Shown here piece after piece: positions 1 to 11,417 of a stretch of 64,000 nucleotides of DNA (its first letter is position 1; each line of letters starts with the position of its first letter). The DNA comes from Meyerozyma guilliermondii (lineage: Eukaryota). A model generated the notes under the pieces. That model was given only the letters and a program-made list of their open reading frames with translations, was not told where the DNA came from and searched no databases. Position numbers and translations under genes: made by a program. The DNA lies in contig CP128820.1 in assembly GCA_051546255.1 (NCBI GenBank), positions 434,001 to 498,000 on the forward strand, written 5' to 3'.

Positions 1-1
1 G

Positions 2-478
2 ATTGCCCAGAACATTTTCCTAGCGGTGTATCGTACTGTGGTGTCTTTGACTTCGATAGTTCCACGGATCATAGATGGTACTTTTTCTTTGAATAATGCA
101 GTGAAAAAGTTTACATCCCCCGACTCCGCTGGTCTCGTCACTTGGTTAAATGTTGACTTTGATAATGAACAAGCTGGACTCCACAGTTTGTTAACCAAGT
201 TTCAGAGTCTCTACTTTTCGACTACGAACTTGGCGTCCACTTACTTCTTATGCTACCGAGTGTCTTGGGGTATGAAATATGTGTTGGACTATGTAGCAGA
301 AAACTACCCCAGCGTCATAGAGGACAAAATGCGAGAAGAACAAATACTTTTCAGTGACGAATTCAGTGATATATACTCCACCCTCGGCGAGATGTGGAAC
401 AGCGAATCTGTGATCAACTTTGATTATATATTTGCCAGTTTAGGTGTTGAGAATTTAGGGACAGGCTTGGAGACATAA
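2..478 (+). CDS. 3' end of a gene truncated by the window edge; possibly the C-terminus of a fungal Zn2Cys6-type transcription factor
   Basis: Frame is open from base 2 (IAQNIFLAVYR...) to TAA at 476-478. It ends in an acidic/aromatic tail (SDEFSDIY...FDYIF) that resembles Zn-cluster activation domains. No DNA-binding domain lies inside the window. Confidence 0.5.
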   Translation: MAQNIFLAVYRTVVSLTSIVPRIIDGTFSLNNAVKKFTSPDSAGLVTWLNVDFDNEQAGLHSLLTKFQSLYFSTTNLASTYFLCYRVSWGMKYVLDYVAENYPSVIEDKMREEQILFSDEFSDIYSTLGEMWNSESVINFDYIFASLGVENLGTGLET

Positions 479-1015
479 TCAAATCAGTCCAAAAGAGTTG
501 ATTTTGCATAGCGAAATCATGAGCAGACAAGGATATGGTCAGGTATTTAAACCTTGATGAGCTCAAAAATAGGGCCAGGTATTACTCTACATGTTGTGAT
601 TCCTTACCTAGCTGAATCCAGTTGAATAGTGCAAACCAGCAGCAAGGAATAAACTGCTGATGGATACAAGCCGCACTATACTGTTCTTGGCGGAATTATC
701 CCGCACATTATGTTGGTAGCCAATCGAAGTTGACAAGAAATATAAAAAGATGAAAGACTTCCATATCGCAACAGGAATATTTAACACAGAAAAAGAACAA
801 GTCTATGTTCGAAGTCAGAAGAAAGAATAAGCTGAAATGCACACCCTGCAAGTCTCACTTAACGAAGTGGCTTGGACAGCCGATGAGGTTACATATATTG
901 GAAAAGATTTTGACGAAAACTTGTTTAAAAGTCAATGCTACAAGAGACAGCGAGATTGGAAATTCTCATTTCCAAGTTAGCTGTGGAAGAAACATCAACA
1001 TATAATCGGCATAAA

Positions 1016-1996
1016 CTAGCTTTGTCCCTTTGGTTTGTACTTACCAAACCATTCCGCAATATGGCCCACGGTCCTGTCGACGACATCAGGCTGCTCATAA
1101 TACTGAAAATGGTTTGTATCGTTTTCCCAAATGAGCTTTTTGTCCTTGGTGGGTATAGACTCATAGTGACGTTTGGCTGCAAATGGGTTCATACAAGTAT
1201 CGGAGTGAACGACCAAAGCTGGCTTGTTGAGCTTAGAAACTCCCTCTACCGTTGAATAGGAAAAGTGATCCAAGTCGCTTAGAATTGCATACTTGTTTTC
1301 CCAGCCCTTGAGAGTCCATGGACCATACCACGACCACACCAAAGGTCCCGGTAATCCCGCGGAAGACCCTTCTTCAAATGTGCCCAACTTTGGATCGACC
1401 AAAGGCTGGTAAACTACTTCACCTGTGGTTTCGTACTTCTCCTTGGCTTCGCGAGCCCGCTGCAAACGAGCCTCTAAAAGCTTCTCAAGCTGTTCAGTTG
1501 AAGGTGCGGTTTCTTTATCGAAAGGATTTTCACATACTCCGGCGGCTATCATGAACAAATCTGTTTCGTGGTCCCTATAGTATCCTGTTACAGAAGCCAC
1601 AGCAGTAACTCGATCATCATAGGAAGCAATATCCAACATCTCAGGACCACCTTGACAAATACCAACGAGATAGATTCCAGAAACCTCTTTTTTCTCGACC
1701 AAATAGTCAATTGCGGCCACTGCGTCCTCATTTTTCATCTTGGGATTCTCAAGACGACGAGGGCTACCACTGGACTCACCAACGGTCCGTGGGTCAAATA
1801 CCACTGCATAGTAACCTTCGTCCGCAAGACGAGTTGCATACTGAGTGGGCGCTTGTTCCTTGGAAAAAGAGTATGGACCAAGTAGGACTGCTGCTGGGTG
1901 TGGGCCTTCTCCTCTTGGGATAAAAGCAACCCCAGCACATGTTTCGCCGTGGCTGGGGAAACTGAACTTTTCAACAGTGTAATTTCCGTGTGACAT
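1016..1996 (-). CDS. Alpha/beta hydrolase, YcjY/dienelactone-hydrolase-like, with a Cys nucleophile
   Basis: 326 aa. Shows the KEQ...YAxRLAxxGY..vvFDPR.vGESSGxPR motif, the nucleophile elbow G-I-C-Q-G-G and a C-terminal His (TNHFQYY). TATA-like sequence near 2026-2032. Confidence 0.85.
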   Translation of the reverse strand: MSHGNYTVEKFSFPSHGETCAGVAFIPRGEGPHPAAVLLGPYSFSKEQAPTQYATRLADEGYYAVVFDPRTVGESSGSPRRLENPKMKNEDAVAAIDYLVEKKEVSGIYLVGICQGGPEMLDIASYDDRVTAVASVTGYYRDHETDLFMIAAGVCENPFDKETAPSTEQLEKLLEARLQRAREAKEKYETTGEVVYQPLVDPKLGTFEEGSSAGLPGPLVWSWYGPWTLKGWENKYAILSDLDHFSYSTVEGVSKLNKPALVVHSDTCMNPFAAKRHYESIPTKDKKLIWENDTNHFQYYEQPDVVDRTVGHIAEWFGKYKPKGQS

Positions 1997-3254
1997 TTTG
2001 CAAAAAGTTGAGAAACAAAGGCTGTATTTATAGTTTTCGGAAGGAGAACATGTGCGGTGACGAAGAATTAGGAGTGCGCCGAAAGAGTCTAAAGAAGTAA
2101 TTCCGATGACTACTTCAGTTTAGTTTGTTCATGTTTTCTGAAAAAGGTTGCATTGTGCGGCTTACGTCCATCGCGTGCGGCTTACATCCGCATCCACCAA
2201 CTTCGCTGTACAGATTCAATTGAAATAGTGACGTAACGGCACCTTAGGATCCCCACACAATCGTATGGGCTCACATCCGGTCATGAGTTAGTTCTTCTCG
2301 TCCAAAATAGGGGCTGTTATTCAATCTGAGAAGAATGTCTATTGGTGAAAATTGGTTCGACCGAATGAGACTTTTGACTATATTTTCCTTTTGAGGAGTA
2401 AATACGAGCCCATGGCACTCGGTTGCATAGCTTCCAGTACCTGAAAGCAAGTTGCAGTTTTCCATTCCTTGATCGAGGACTAGTACTTCCATTGAATTTT
2501 GTGCACACAAGCTATATGGCCAGTCTTTATTGAAAATTGCTTCCAGGAAGAGCAGAACTTCATACCTGTTTCGGTCTCGACCACACTAGCTAGTATAGTA
2601 CTAGCCACTAACCAAATTGAGCATATGACAGTCATGGAGATGTCGAAACAAGTTTTCGTATAGAACTTCAATTTCGCCGCTTTAGCTTCTCGCTCGCATG
2701 GTATCACTGTTACATCGTGCAGTAAGCGACACAAGATGGTTGAAAATCAAATAAAGCAAAGCTCAAGAAGAAAGCACAACCAACACAAGTAAAGGAACTC
2801 AGACGATATGGAATATTGAGGAAATTCAACAAAAAGACTGATTTGCAGCCAGTTTGTTAAATCAGGAATCAATGTTCAATGGTAAAGCTAAGGTTTAAAC
2901 TAGGTACCATTTGATATTATGTTGACAGCTTGTGGTGTGTTGGAGCCCTCACGAGCAACTTGAGATCCAGAAGCAGAGAGATTCAGAAATGAAAGGCAGC
3001 AAGAAGAACCAATGGAAGCTAAGAACCAGGAAGAACTTGTTTCATAAATTACCCTTTGCACCTCTGGATGAAGTAAGTACTGGCTTGCTCGTTTGGAGTC
3101 TATGCTCAAATAGATTTGTATATAATCTGTGTCTACGTTTACTGCGATAAAATCAAGTGTGCGAATTAGTCGGTTGAATTAATCGGTGCGAATTTGGTGC
3201 GAATTTAAGTCAGAGCGTAATACTATAAAGTTTCTACCTCAGCTCCTCACTATT

Positions 3255-4436
3255 ATGAGCATCTACGAAGCGCTAGCCTCCGTCTTTACCCGAGATCCCA
3301 TTGAGACTACTCAGAACGACCAGAAAATCCCAATTGACTACGACTCGAAACCATGGAAAAACAATCCTCAATACTTCAAAAAGGTATATATATCGCCATT
3401 GGCCACCATAAAAATGGCAGTCCATGCCAACGCTGGAGGGTCTATAGAAGTGATGGGCATGATGACCGGGTCTATTGTACGAAATGGAATTATTGTCAAC
3501 GATGTTTATCCGCTTCCTGTGGAAGGAACCGAAACTAGAGTGAATGCCCAGGCTGAAGGGTACGAGTATATGGTTCAGTATCTCGAGTGTCTGAAGCAGG
3601 TGGGACGTAAGGAGCATATAGTGGGCTGGTACCATTCACATCCGGGATATGGATGCTGGTTGAGTGGCATAGATGTAGCTACACAGAGTCTTAATCAGAA
3701 CTTTCAAGATCCATATTTGGCAGTGGTGGTGGATCCGTTTAAGACTGTTAAGCAGGGAAAGGTGGAGATTGGTGCGTTCCGAACGTTTCCGGAAAACTAC
3801 AAACATGAAGGAGAAGGGAAAGAATTGGGTGTTCATTCGGATCGGTATTATCCACTTGAAGTGGAAATTTCAAGGTCCCAAGTTGATACAAAAATCATCG
3901 ACAATATCATCAACGAATCATGGCAGTCGTTTCTCTCACAGACAAACAGCCAAATTGCCATAGAACTGGAAAAACTCCATAAACGTATCGATGTGATAGT
4001 GGACCAGTTTCGTAAACTGGAAGTCCAGCATCCACGAGCGTTTGAAATTTCACGAAGATTCGATACCCAATTTGAAGAAATGATCAATGAAAAATTGCAA
4101 GAATCCCGCTCTCGTCAAAAGGAAGACTCGGACGAAAGTAGCAGTGATATGGAAGAAGATAGCGAGGCTGATTCTTCTAGTCGTCGCAGCTATAATTCAG
4201 ATGAAACCCCCGACCAAATAGATGAACCTCGGCACCGCAAACGGGCCAATGTCGAAGAAAGGTCCCAGCAGAAGCGTCTTCTTTCCAGATTACAAAGGAA
4301 AGCAGGTATAGACGCCTATAAGAGTACTGGTAATGGAATGGGTGCATTGGTTCATATGGCCAGTGCGGTTGGAATGAGCCAGGTTCAACAATTGGCGACG
4401 ATCGAGTTGCAGGAAAAAATCTTCCTGAGTATATAG
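3255..4436 (+). CDS. RRI1: COP9 signalosome subunit 5 (JAMM/MPN+ deneddylase)
   Basis: GGSIEVMGMM, LPVEGTETRVNAQ, VGWYHSHPGYGCWLSGID (JAMM motif). First ATG is at 3255; the ORF track starts at an upstream GTG. Confidence 0.95.
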   Translation: MSIYEALASVFTRDPIETTQNDQKIPIDYDSKPWKNNPQYFKKVYISPLATIKMAVHANAGGSIEVMGMMTGSIVRNGIIVNDVYPLPVEGTETRVNAQAEGYEYMVQYLECLKQVGRKEHIVGWYHSHPGYGCWLSGIDVATQSLNQNFQDPYLAVVVDPFKTVKQGKVEIGAFRTFPENYKHEGEGKELGVHSDRYYPLEVEISRSQVDTKIIDNIINESWQSFLSQTNSQIAIELEKLHKRIDVIVDQFRKLEVQHPRAFEISRRFDTQFEEMINEKLQESRSRQKEDSDESSSDMEEDSEADSSSRRSYNSDETPDQIDEPRHRKRANVEERSQQKRLLSRLQRKAGIDAYKSTGNGMGALVHMASAVGMSQVQQLATIELQEKIFLSI

Positions 4437-4870
4437 CTGCTACTTGCTACATTTGCTAAATTTGCTATTTGGTACATTTTGCTAATTTGAGCTTTCTTTG
4501 CTACTTGCTACTTCTGCTTCTGCTTCTACCTTTGGCTCTTTTCTCGTCTCGCTGACATAAGCCGATGGAGTTCCATCTCGAAAAAATCAAAGTCTCATCG
4601 GACAGCTGCGAGAGAAGATTTAGTCAAAATTCTTTAGCAGACAGCTGAGAAAACGACACAAACCTAACTGTGGGATCCTGACACCCGTCTACATACGCCA
4701 CGACTTTTTGCCCCGAATTTGTTCTGCTGGCGCCACTGAATACTTGTTCCAGTTTGGCCATCACATCCACACACCAGCTCGGTCTTTGTGTTCTTTGATA
4801 AAGACATCACTAGATTACGCCTACGCTCCTTAGGCCTCGCTACAGAAAACTTCCACTGTTCATCACGGAT

Positions 4871-6640
4871 ATGCTTCCTGGTAGCATGGCTCCGTTGATA
4901 GACCGGCTCATGTCGGTCCCATTGCAATTTGTCGGTGCTCGGCACGCCGAACAAGACACGGCTAAGAAGCCCGAAGGATGCGTCGTTTTGACGAGTTCCG
5001 GTAACCGAGGCAAGCGATCACGCGAGGATGACAATGCCGTTTTGCCAGAGACAAAGTCTGTGAAAAATGATGCTGTTTCGAGTCCCAAAAGACCCAAAAC
5101 GATGGCCGAGGCCGTCGCCGCGTACACCGGCAAGAAGTTCCGGAGCCGTAAACCCGACTTGGTGGACTCTGAAGACGACGAGGATGTTGGTGAGGACTTG
5201 GGGGAGGCCGTGGGTGCTGAAACTGACGAGAAAAGTGCACTGGAATCGCCAGATGATGCGGACGCAGCTTCAGCGACCGATGAATCGGATGCCGATTTCA
5301 CGTCCACCGACTCTCCCAGCTCTTCTACGGTGTCATCGAGCTCCACGCCGTCGACTCCAGAGAAGGAGCCAACCGAAGCCCAAGCTTCTACCAAAGTTTC
5401 TGAGGATTCTACTGATGCTACCAAAGTTCCTAAAGATTCTACCAAAGTTACTGAAGATTCTGAAGATTCTACCGATCCAGTTTCCTCCTCTCTCCCCCTG
5501 CATTACAAGTTCAACGAAGATCCCGCCGACCGCGGAGACAACGGGTCTCGCCGAATCTACAAGAGCTGGCGAGAAATTAAAGGCAAGCCTGCTGGGCTTA
5601 TCAACCACGGGGTCACCTGCTACATGAATACTGCCATCCAGGCTCTCATCCACGTTCCAGCAGTCCAGCACTACCTCAACGACGTCGCTACCTCCAAAAC
5701 TGCCAACATAAAACCAGGGCTGGTCACCAAGGTGTTGGCCGACTTGTCCAGAAAGATGTGGGGGTTCGATAAGGGAAAGAATTCGAAGCCGCCAAAGTAT
5801 GTGGACCCGAAACAGATCATCCGTAGACTCGATGATATTAATTGCATGATGTCGGAATGGCAGCAGGAAGACTCCCACGAATACTACATGTCTCTCTTGT
5901 CCAGACTTCAGGAGGACCTGACACCCAAGGGCAAGAAACTCAACACCCTGATAATCTACGATATATTTGGTGGGCTTCTCAGACAGAAAGTTACTTGCAA
6001 GAAATGCAATCATGTGAGCGAAACCAAGCAGGAATTCTACGACTTGTCTTTGGGAATCAAGAAGCGAAGTGCAGAAAAGCAGAATTCTGGAACCAGCACA
6101 GAGAGCTCTAGCGACGACCAGACCCAAGATAGTGGCTCCAAAAAAGCTGCAAATTCGCAGAAAAGGCGATACTCGATAGACCTGTCGGTAGAGGAATTTT
6201 TTTCCAATGAAGTGATTAGAGCCGATAAGAAAGATGCTGGATACATGTGTGAAAAGTGCAAACAACTTACCAACGCCCACAAGATAAGCACCATAGAAAC
6301 AGCACCTGAGACTCTTACTGTACACTTGAAGAGATTTAAATTCGATGGAAATTCTTCATCCAAAGTCAAGAAATCCATCTCTTACAACAAGTATCTTGAC
6401 TTGACCGATTACACCACCAACCACACCAGCACCATGTACCAACTTATATCTGTGATTGTCCACGAAGGTCGATCGATTCTGTCGGGCCATTATATTGCAC
6501 ACTGTTTGCAGCCGGATGGATCTTGGGCCACTTATGACGACGAGTATATTAACAAGATCAACGAGAAGGAAGCCATGAGCGACGACTCTGCTTACGTGTT
6601 GGTGTACAACAAATTGACTACGCACAAACAAACCAAATAA
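4871..6640 (+). CDS. UBP10: Ubiquitin C-terminal hydrolase (USP family), Ubp10-like
   Basis: Cys box GLINHGVTCYMN, QQEDSHEY, His box HEGRS..SGHYIA, and an acidic disordered N-terminus. Confidence 0.92.
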   Translation: MLPGSMAPLIDRLMSVPLQFVGARHAEQDTAKKPEGCVVLTSSGNRGKRSREDDNAVLPETKSVKNDAVSSPKRPKTMAEAVAAYTGKKFRSRKPDLVDSEDDEDVGEDLGEAVGAETDEKSALESPDDADAASATDESDADFTSTDSPSSSTVSSSSTPSTPEKEPTEAQASTKVSEDSTDATKVPKDSTKVTEDSEDSTDPVSSSLPLHYKFNEDPADRGDNGSRRIYKSWREIKGKPAGLINHGVTCYMNTAIQALIHVPAVQHYLNDVATSKTANIKPGLVTKVLADLSRKMWGFDKGKNSKPPKYVDPKQIIRRLDDINCMMSEWQQEDSHEYYMSLLSRLQEDLTPKGKKLNTLIIYDIFGGLLRQKVTCKKCNHVSETKQEFYDLSLGIKKRSAEKQNSGTSTESSSDDQTQDSGSKKAANSQKRRYSIDLSVEEFFSNEVIRADKKDAGYMCEKCKQLTNAHKISTIETAPETLTVHLKRFKFDGNSSSKVKKSISYNKYLDLTDYTTNHTSTMYQLISVIVHEGRSILSGHYIAHCLQPDGSWATYDDEYINKINEKEAMSDDSAYVLVYNKLTTHKQTK

Positions 6641-6663
6641 AGTATGTATAGCATAAACCTAAT

Positions 6664-7230
6664 CTAAACATCGACAAATACTTCGTCGTCTTCATCGACC
6701 GCCTTTTCTCGCAATCTTGCCGAGTACGACTTGAGCTTACAGTTGGAAGATCCAAACAGAAACTCGTGTGGGGAATGCAAATCGTCAATAGAAATTCCCC
6801 CAGACAGAGCCGACGATCGACGCCGATGACTGTTGCGACGAGCTTGTTCCCATAATGCGCGAGTGCCGGAATTGTTGGGTATCAGTTTGATGTACTCTTG
6901 CTCGATGACAAACTTGCCTTCTTTGTAGCTTTCGTGGTCATCGTATGCCTTATTGTACATCCAACCCAATGCAGTCATACATTGGTTGCACCGCACCTCT
7001 TTGATGAGATAAGTTCCCGTCCGCATCACCTTGTCGCGAGGAACCGGATCAGCCCAGTAGTTGATGAGCTGGTCTACAAAGTAGGCAGGACCGGTAGAGC
7101 CGCGGAACCCATCGGAAATCACCAAATGCGAGAGACAAAGGTGCGACGAGCATTGCTTGCAGATGATGATTTCGGTGTCCGACACCTCGTACTTGTCGTT
7201 GTCAAAGTAGTTTGCGTACTTGAGCCCCAT
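6664..7230 (-). CDS. MOH1: Yippee-like zinc-binding protein
   Basis: CKQC...ISxxFRGxTGxAY, MRTGTY, CNQC..LGWMY, YKEGKFVIE (Yippee signature). Confidence 0.9.
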   Translation of the reverse strand: MGLKYANYFDNDKYEVSDTEIIICKQCSSHLCLSHLVISDGFRGSTGPAYFVDQLINYWADPVPRDKVMRTGTYLIKEVRCNQCMTALGWMYNKAYDDHESYKEGKFVIEQEYIKLIPNNSGTRALWEQARRNSHRRRSSALSGGISIDDLHSPHEFLFGSSNCKLKSYSARLREKAVDEDDEVFVDV

Positions 7231-7239
7231 GAGAAAGAA

Positions 7240-7480
7240 ATAAACCTGAAATAACCTGAAATAACCTGAATTGAACCGTTGAACCGAGAAATAGAGTGCC
7301 TTGAACCTACGAGTGCGTGGGTCCTAGTACGGCGAAGCGTTGGGAATTGTTGGGAATTGTTGGGAATGAACTGACAGGGTGTCAGAAGTGTGAAAGTGAG
7401 CTGAGTCGGTGAAACAGTAGGTGAACAGTAAGTCGAACACTAAGTAGGTGAATCAGTAGGTGAATCAGTAAGTAGGTGAA
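7240..7480. repeat. Cluster of short slippage repeats upstream of MOH1
   Basis: aaataacctg x3, gttgggaatt x3, and (c)agtaggtgaa-type units. Confidence 0.8.
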
Positions 7481-8092
7481 ACGTGGTTTCAAGAAACCAA
7501 AGTTATTGAAGCGTTAGTCTACGTTAACCTTCTTTCTTGTTACCTTTGATGGTCCTCCGTAACTTAATGAACTTCCTAACCTTAAAATACCTTTGGAACC
7601 TTCCAATACCTTTAAATACCTTTAATTTCCCTTAAATTTCCTTATATTCCTCTTTGAGTTTCTTCCTATTTCCTCCAATATATGATCTCGCGACAGGACT
7701 GTGGTCCTCGTGGAGATCCTAGATGTTGTCCTGCCGCTGTTGAGTGCGTGGCAGAAAGTTTTGTGCGTTTTAAAGTTGAGGTCAGGTCACAGAATTTACC
7801 GCAACGCTTATCACCCCCGGCTTTTATACTGACGTCCTGCAGTTGCCACACCTAGTACGAATGAGTAATGCGCGGTGCATGGTCTGGCCGAGCAAGGAAA
7901 GAGAGGGAAAATACGAACAAAAAGAACGGAAAAGAACGGAAAAAAAAAAGAGTGAATGTGGGAAAAATGAATGCTGCGAAAAAAGAATGTGGGAAAATTT
8001 ATGAGAAACAGAATTCTATCATCTACTCATCTGTTCTCTATTGTAGTACTATTTACACCCAGACACCTATGTACATCGATCCAATGACTCCT

Positions 8093-8938
8093 CTACCACT
8101 TGTAGTGGCCACGCACCTTAAAGTTGAGCGGCTCATTGTTCAAGAACATCCGTGGTTTCGCCGCGCGCTGCGCCTGAGCCTGTTCCCATTGACGGCGCTT
8201 CGTGGTTTGGTCAGTCTTCAAAACCGCTTTGAGATGGATGTATGGATGTTCGATAATACCGGTGCGGCCTCGACCTTTGGCATCGAGTCGTTTTCTCCAC
8301 TCGCCATCGGAGCCGGTCCACAATGCGTGGATATACAAGCCGTCCTCGTTGTAGCCGAGCTTGTGGGCTTGTTCCAAGCCGGTTTTAAGGAATTTTTCCA
8401 ATTCGGTAGCCATCTTTTTTGGGTTAAAATGAAGCTGCGCAATGGCATGTTTAACCGTAAATCCTCTGACAAACCGATTGACCACGGTGGCCTTTTTCAT
8501 CGACAGCTTGATACGGTACGACTGGAGGTAGATCGAAGGCTCCAAAATCTCGATTTCTTGTTCTGTTAATGATACCTTATAGGACTTGCTGGTGTCTGGG
8601 TCTGTCACCACGGTATTGTTTTTGAAGAAGCCATTTTGCGCCACGTTCAAGTCAAAGAGTCGGCGTTTCAATGGCGAAATATACTTGTCGCTCCGTATCT
8701 GTTGCTCGCGTGCTTGTTTCATGTAGTATTCCTGGAGCTGGGTGTCATCTTTTGGGGCCGGATTGGAGACAACCTCGTCGGAATTTTCCTCGGATTTGGG
8801 AAGTTCCGGGGTAGTTTTTTTGGTCAAATCACCAAACCATTCGTTTCTGGTGGCGGGGTTATGTGAGAAAAGTCGAAAGAAGGGCCGAAGTTGTGCTCGG
8901 ACGGGCACTTTTGATGCACCTAAAAAGGTTCGAATCAT
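8093..8938 (-). CDS. MRPL22: Mitochondrial ribosomal protein uL22m
   Basis: Basic N-terminal presequence; L22 core SMKKAT..RFVRG, AIAQLHFNPKK, KGRGRTGIIEHP. Confidence 0.93.
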   Translation of the reverse strand: MIRTFLGASKVPVRAQLRPFFRLFSHNPATRNEWFGDLTKKTTPELPKSEENSDEVVSNPAPKDDTQLQEYYMKQAREQQIRSDKYISPLKRRLFDLNVAQNGFFKNNTVVTDPDTSKSYKVSLTEQEIEILEPSIYLQSYRIKLSMKKATVVNRFVRGFTVKHAIAQLHFNPKKMATELEKFLKTGLEQAHKLGYNEDGLYIHALWTGSDGEWRKRLDAKGRGRTGIIEHPYIHLKAVLKTDQTTKRRQWEQAQAQRAAKPRMFLNNEPLNFKVRGHYKW

Positions 8939-9393
8939 ACAGAGACAGAATAAATTTTCGCACTTATGGTTGGTCGTGTGCGGTTCATAAGGGAACCAGA
9001 GATATCAGTAGAGTATTCACTACAGTATTTACGACAGTATTTTCAAATTCGCCCTGAGGCTTAATCGCCTACTCGTACCTATAATTAGTTTGCAATGATT
9101 TTCTCAATCGGATCACAACTAATTGTGTTTGGAAGATTCTCAATTGCACCAACAAGACCATTACTCTCAGAATAGAATTAATTCTCCTCCAAGTTTCGCT
9201 TATACCAAATATGGTAGCATGAATCCTGGACTGATTTGCATGGAGTATTATCTTACCGTATACGTATAATCACAGGAATAAGGATAATTCTAACGAATCA
9301 ATTTTTCACGAATTTATTTTTCACTCAGCGGAATAAAAGTTCGTATTATAGACTCTTGCAAGAAACTTCGAAGATACATTGAATCTTTCGAGG

Positions 9394-9858
9394 CTAATTC
9401 TGTTTTTCTTGCACTCTTTCTTTCTCACTTATTGAACTCTCTTTCTCCTCAATTGCACTTTCTTTCTCTCTAATTGAACCCTCTTTTTCACTTCTTGCAC
9501 TCGCTTGTAAATCTTCGATCACACGATACATGTGCTCGATGGTTTGAACCAAAATAATGTATGTTCCCATAACAACGGCCATAGCTAGACCCTTCAAAAT
9601 CCATATATCCTTATCGTCAATATAGTCATTTCGTGTAACGCAAATTTCCGCCGTCACATCAGATGAGTGTTTTGCCAATATGCCACTTGCTGCCCTCAAT
9701 ACGTTGATCTTAATGACCGCTTTCCAATCAGGATTTGGCCCGAACCATTTATCGACCCTAAATGGAGAAGTAAGTACATAGTACATGAACCATACATAGA
9801 CCACGAAAACTACCAACTTGGTAATGTTCAAAGAGAGATTTTCAATAAAAGTGTCCAT
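9394..9858 (-). CDS. Orphan protein (154 aa) with two predicted TM helices and a C-terminal heptad-repeat coiled coil
   Basis: ATG at 9858 with TATATATA about 40 nt upstream. Hydrophobic segments LVVFVVYVWFMYYVL and IWILKGLAMAVVMGTYIILV. Tail made of EKESxIx repeats. Confidence 0.6.
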   Translation of the reverse strand: MDTFIENLSLNITKLVVFVVYVWFMYYVLTSPFRVDKWFGPNPDWKAVIKINVLRAASGILAKHSSDVTAEICVTRNDYIDDKDIWILKGLAMAVVMGTYIILVQTIEHMYRVIEDLQASARSEKEGSIREKESAIEEKESSISEKERVQEKQN

Positions 9859-10364
9859 TGCTAGATTGGAGATTTGAAAAAGAGTGAGATACGGGCTATA
9901 TATAGTACATGTTATGCATCCTGCAAGTGAGATTCGTAGTGAAACTTTTCGTAAAATTGCATTAAGCCACTTCTTGAAGTTCAATAAAATTCTACTTATA
10001 TTTATAGAAGTTGATGTTAGTTTCACTTAATGGTTAATCGCCTGAACATTTTTTAGTGTGGTTCCTTTTCCCCCTTTACTTATCTGAAACAATAAGTCCG
10101 GTGTCTACATGACGTCTGCATCATGCACGCGAAGCCACTTTTGACATGTAGGATTGTATGCATGCACGCGATGTTCACAAGTACTGATTGACCCAAGTTT
10201 AGGCGGTGACATTGATCCGCAAACTTCTCGTCCTCTGTCTTACGGTCAGCCCATGATCAGTAGTCTATGCTGAAGTTAAGGCTTATCGACTATACTCAGT
10301 AGTAAGTTCGAAGCTCATCACTGACTTACTCATCTTTATCCATTTGTTGAATGGGCCTGGCGAT

Positions 10365-10580
10365 TTATTCATGAAAAGCAATCTGAAAGAACAATGAAAA
10401 GGTAACGGCAGCCAGGAGAGCAAGCACGATTAGACTTATTACAACTTGAAAAAGAAGTTTTGCTCCTTTAATTTTCTCTTCTCGAGGTAAATTTTTCCAT
10501 ATTTCCCAATTTGTTTGGCCACGCCCGACTTCAGAAGAGTCGGCGAATGGGTTTTCATCTTTTTTAAGCTCTTCACTCAT
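10365..10580 (-). CDS. Tail-anchored microprotein, copy 1 (71 aa)
   Basis: MSEELKKDENPFADSSEVGRGQTNWEIWKNLPREEKIKGAK followed by a C-terminal TM helix. It is a clear paralog of 11418-11639. Confidence 0.75.
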   Translation of the reverse strand: MSEELKKDENPFADSSEVGRGQTNWEIWKNLPREEKIKGAKLLFQVVISLIVLALLAAVTFSLFFQIAFHE

Positions 10581-11417
10581 TATCGAGACACTAAGAATGT
10601 CTGTTTGAATCTCGAAGGGAATTGTCGCAGTTATGTACTCTTCTCTGGTCACGCTTACGTCAAGGTAACTCCGACGCGAAGTTGCCTTTTTGGATTATGC
10701 TCCTAAAAATACCAGCATAAGCAGAGAGGTGACATGACTTTTTTTTTCTAATGCATACGTCAAAAATGCGTGCCAAGAAATGATATGCATGAACCAATTA
10801 GAGCATCATTCGTATGCATGCATGAATTATATACCCGCATTTTATGATCAATGCTCTACGAACGGCACAATATACGAAACGATCGGGCTATCAATGGAAA
10901 AACTTGAATACACAGTTAGATTCGCTCAGTGATTGTAATTGTATCAGCAAGACTTAAGCTCAAACGCAACTCGTCCTTAAAATGTCTTAGTTACATGGGA
11001 AGCTTTGCAGCTCAATTTTGTAGCGAAATTTGGCAATTCTATTAAGTATATCATTTGAGAATTGAAATCTAAGTGACTTGCCCATAGCAGTCCACGAATA
11101 CCAATTTAATCGTCTGAATGCTACAAAAACGATTAATTCCAAATTCTTAAACCTGGCCATTTGCTAGTATTTTTAGTTCAAATGTCTAGTTGCAACTACC
11201 AAATGTTTCATGATGGCAGTCAAACAAAACACTATAGCCAATAGTGAACGACTTGATTTTCACAAATCATCAACAAGTGCTCATATCCATGTTTTTCACC
11301 TTTTGTCAGAATATGCATAAAACCATTTCGTAAATCATACTTGGTCTTCACTCTTCCCAGTTCAAATGTAATCATACTCTCATCCTATCAACCAGTATTT
11401 GGAATGAACCTGATGCT

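Noticed and set aside
2271..3150. Several 63-84 aa ORFs between the hydrolase and RRI1
   Set aside because: They show no recognisable motifs or homology and mostly non-ATG starts, so I cannot support a gene or pseudogene.
7511..7520. GACTAAC (minus strand) as a branch point for a MOH1 5' UTR intron
   Set aside because: No nearby 3' AG or convincing donor site was identified.
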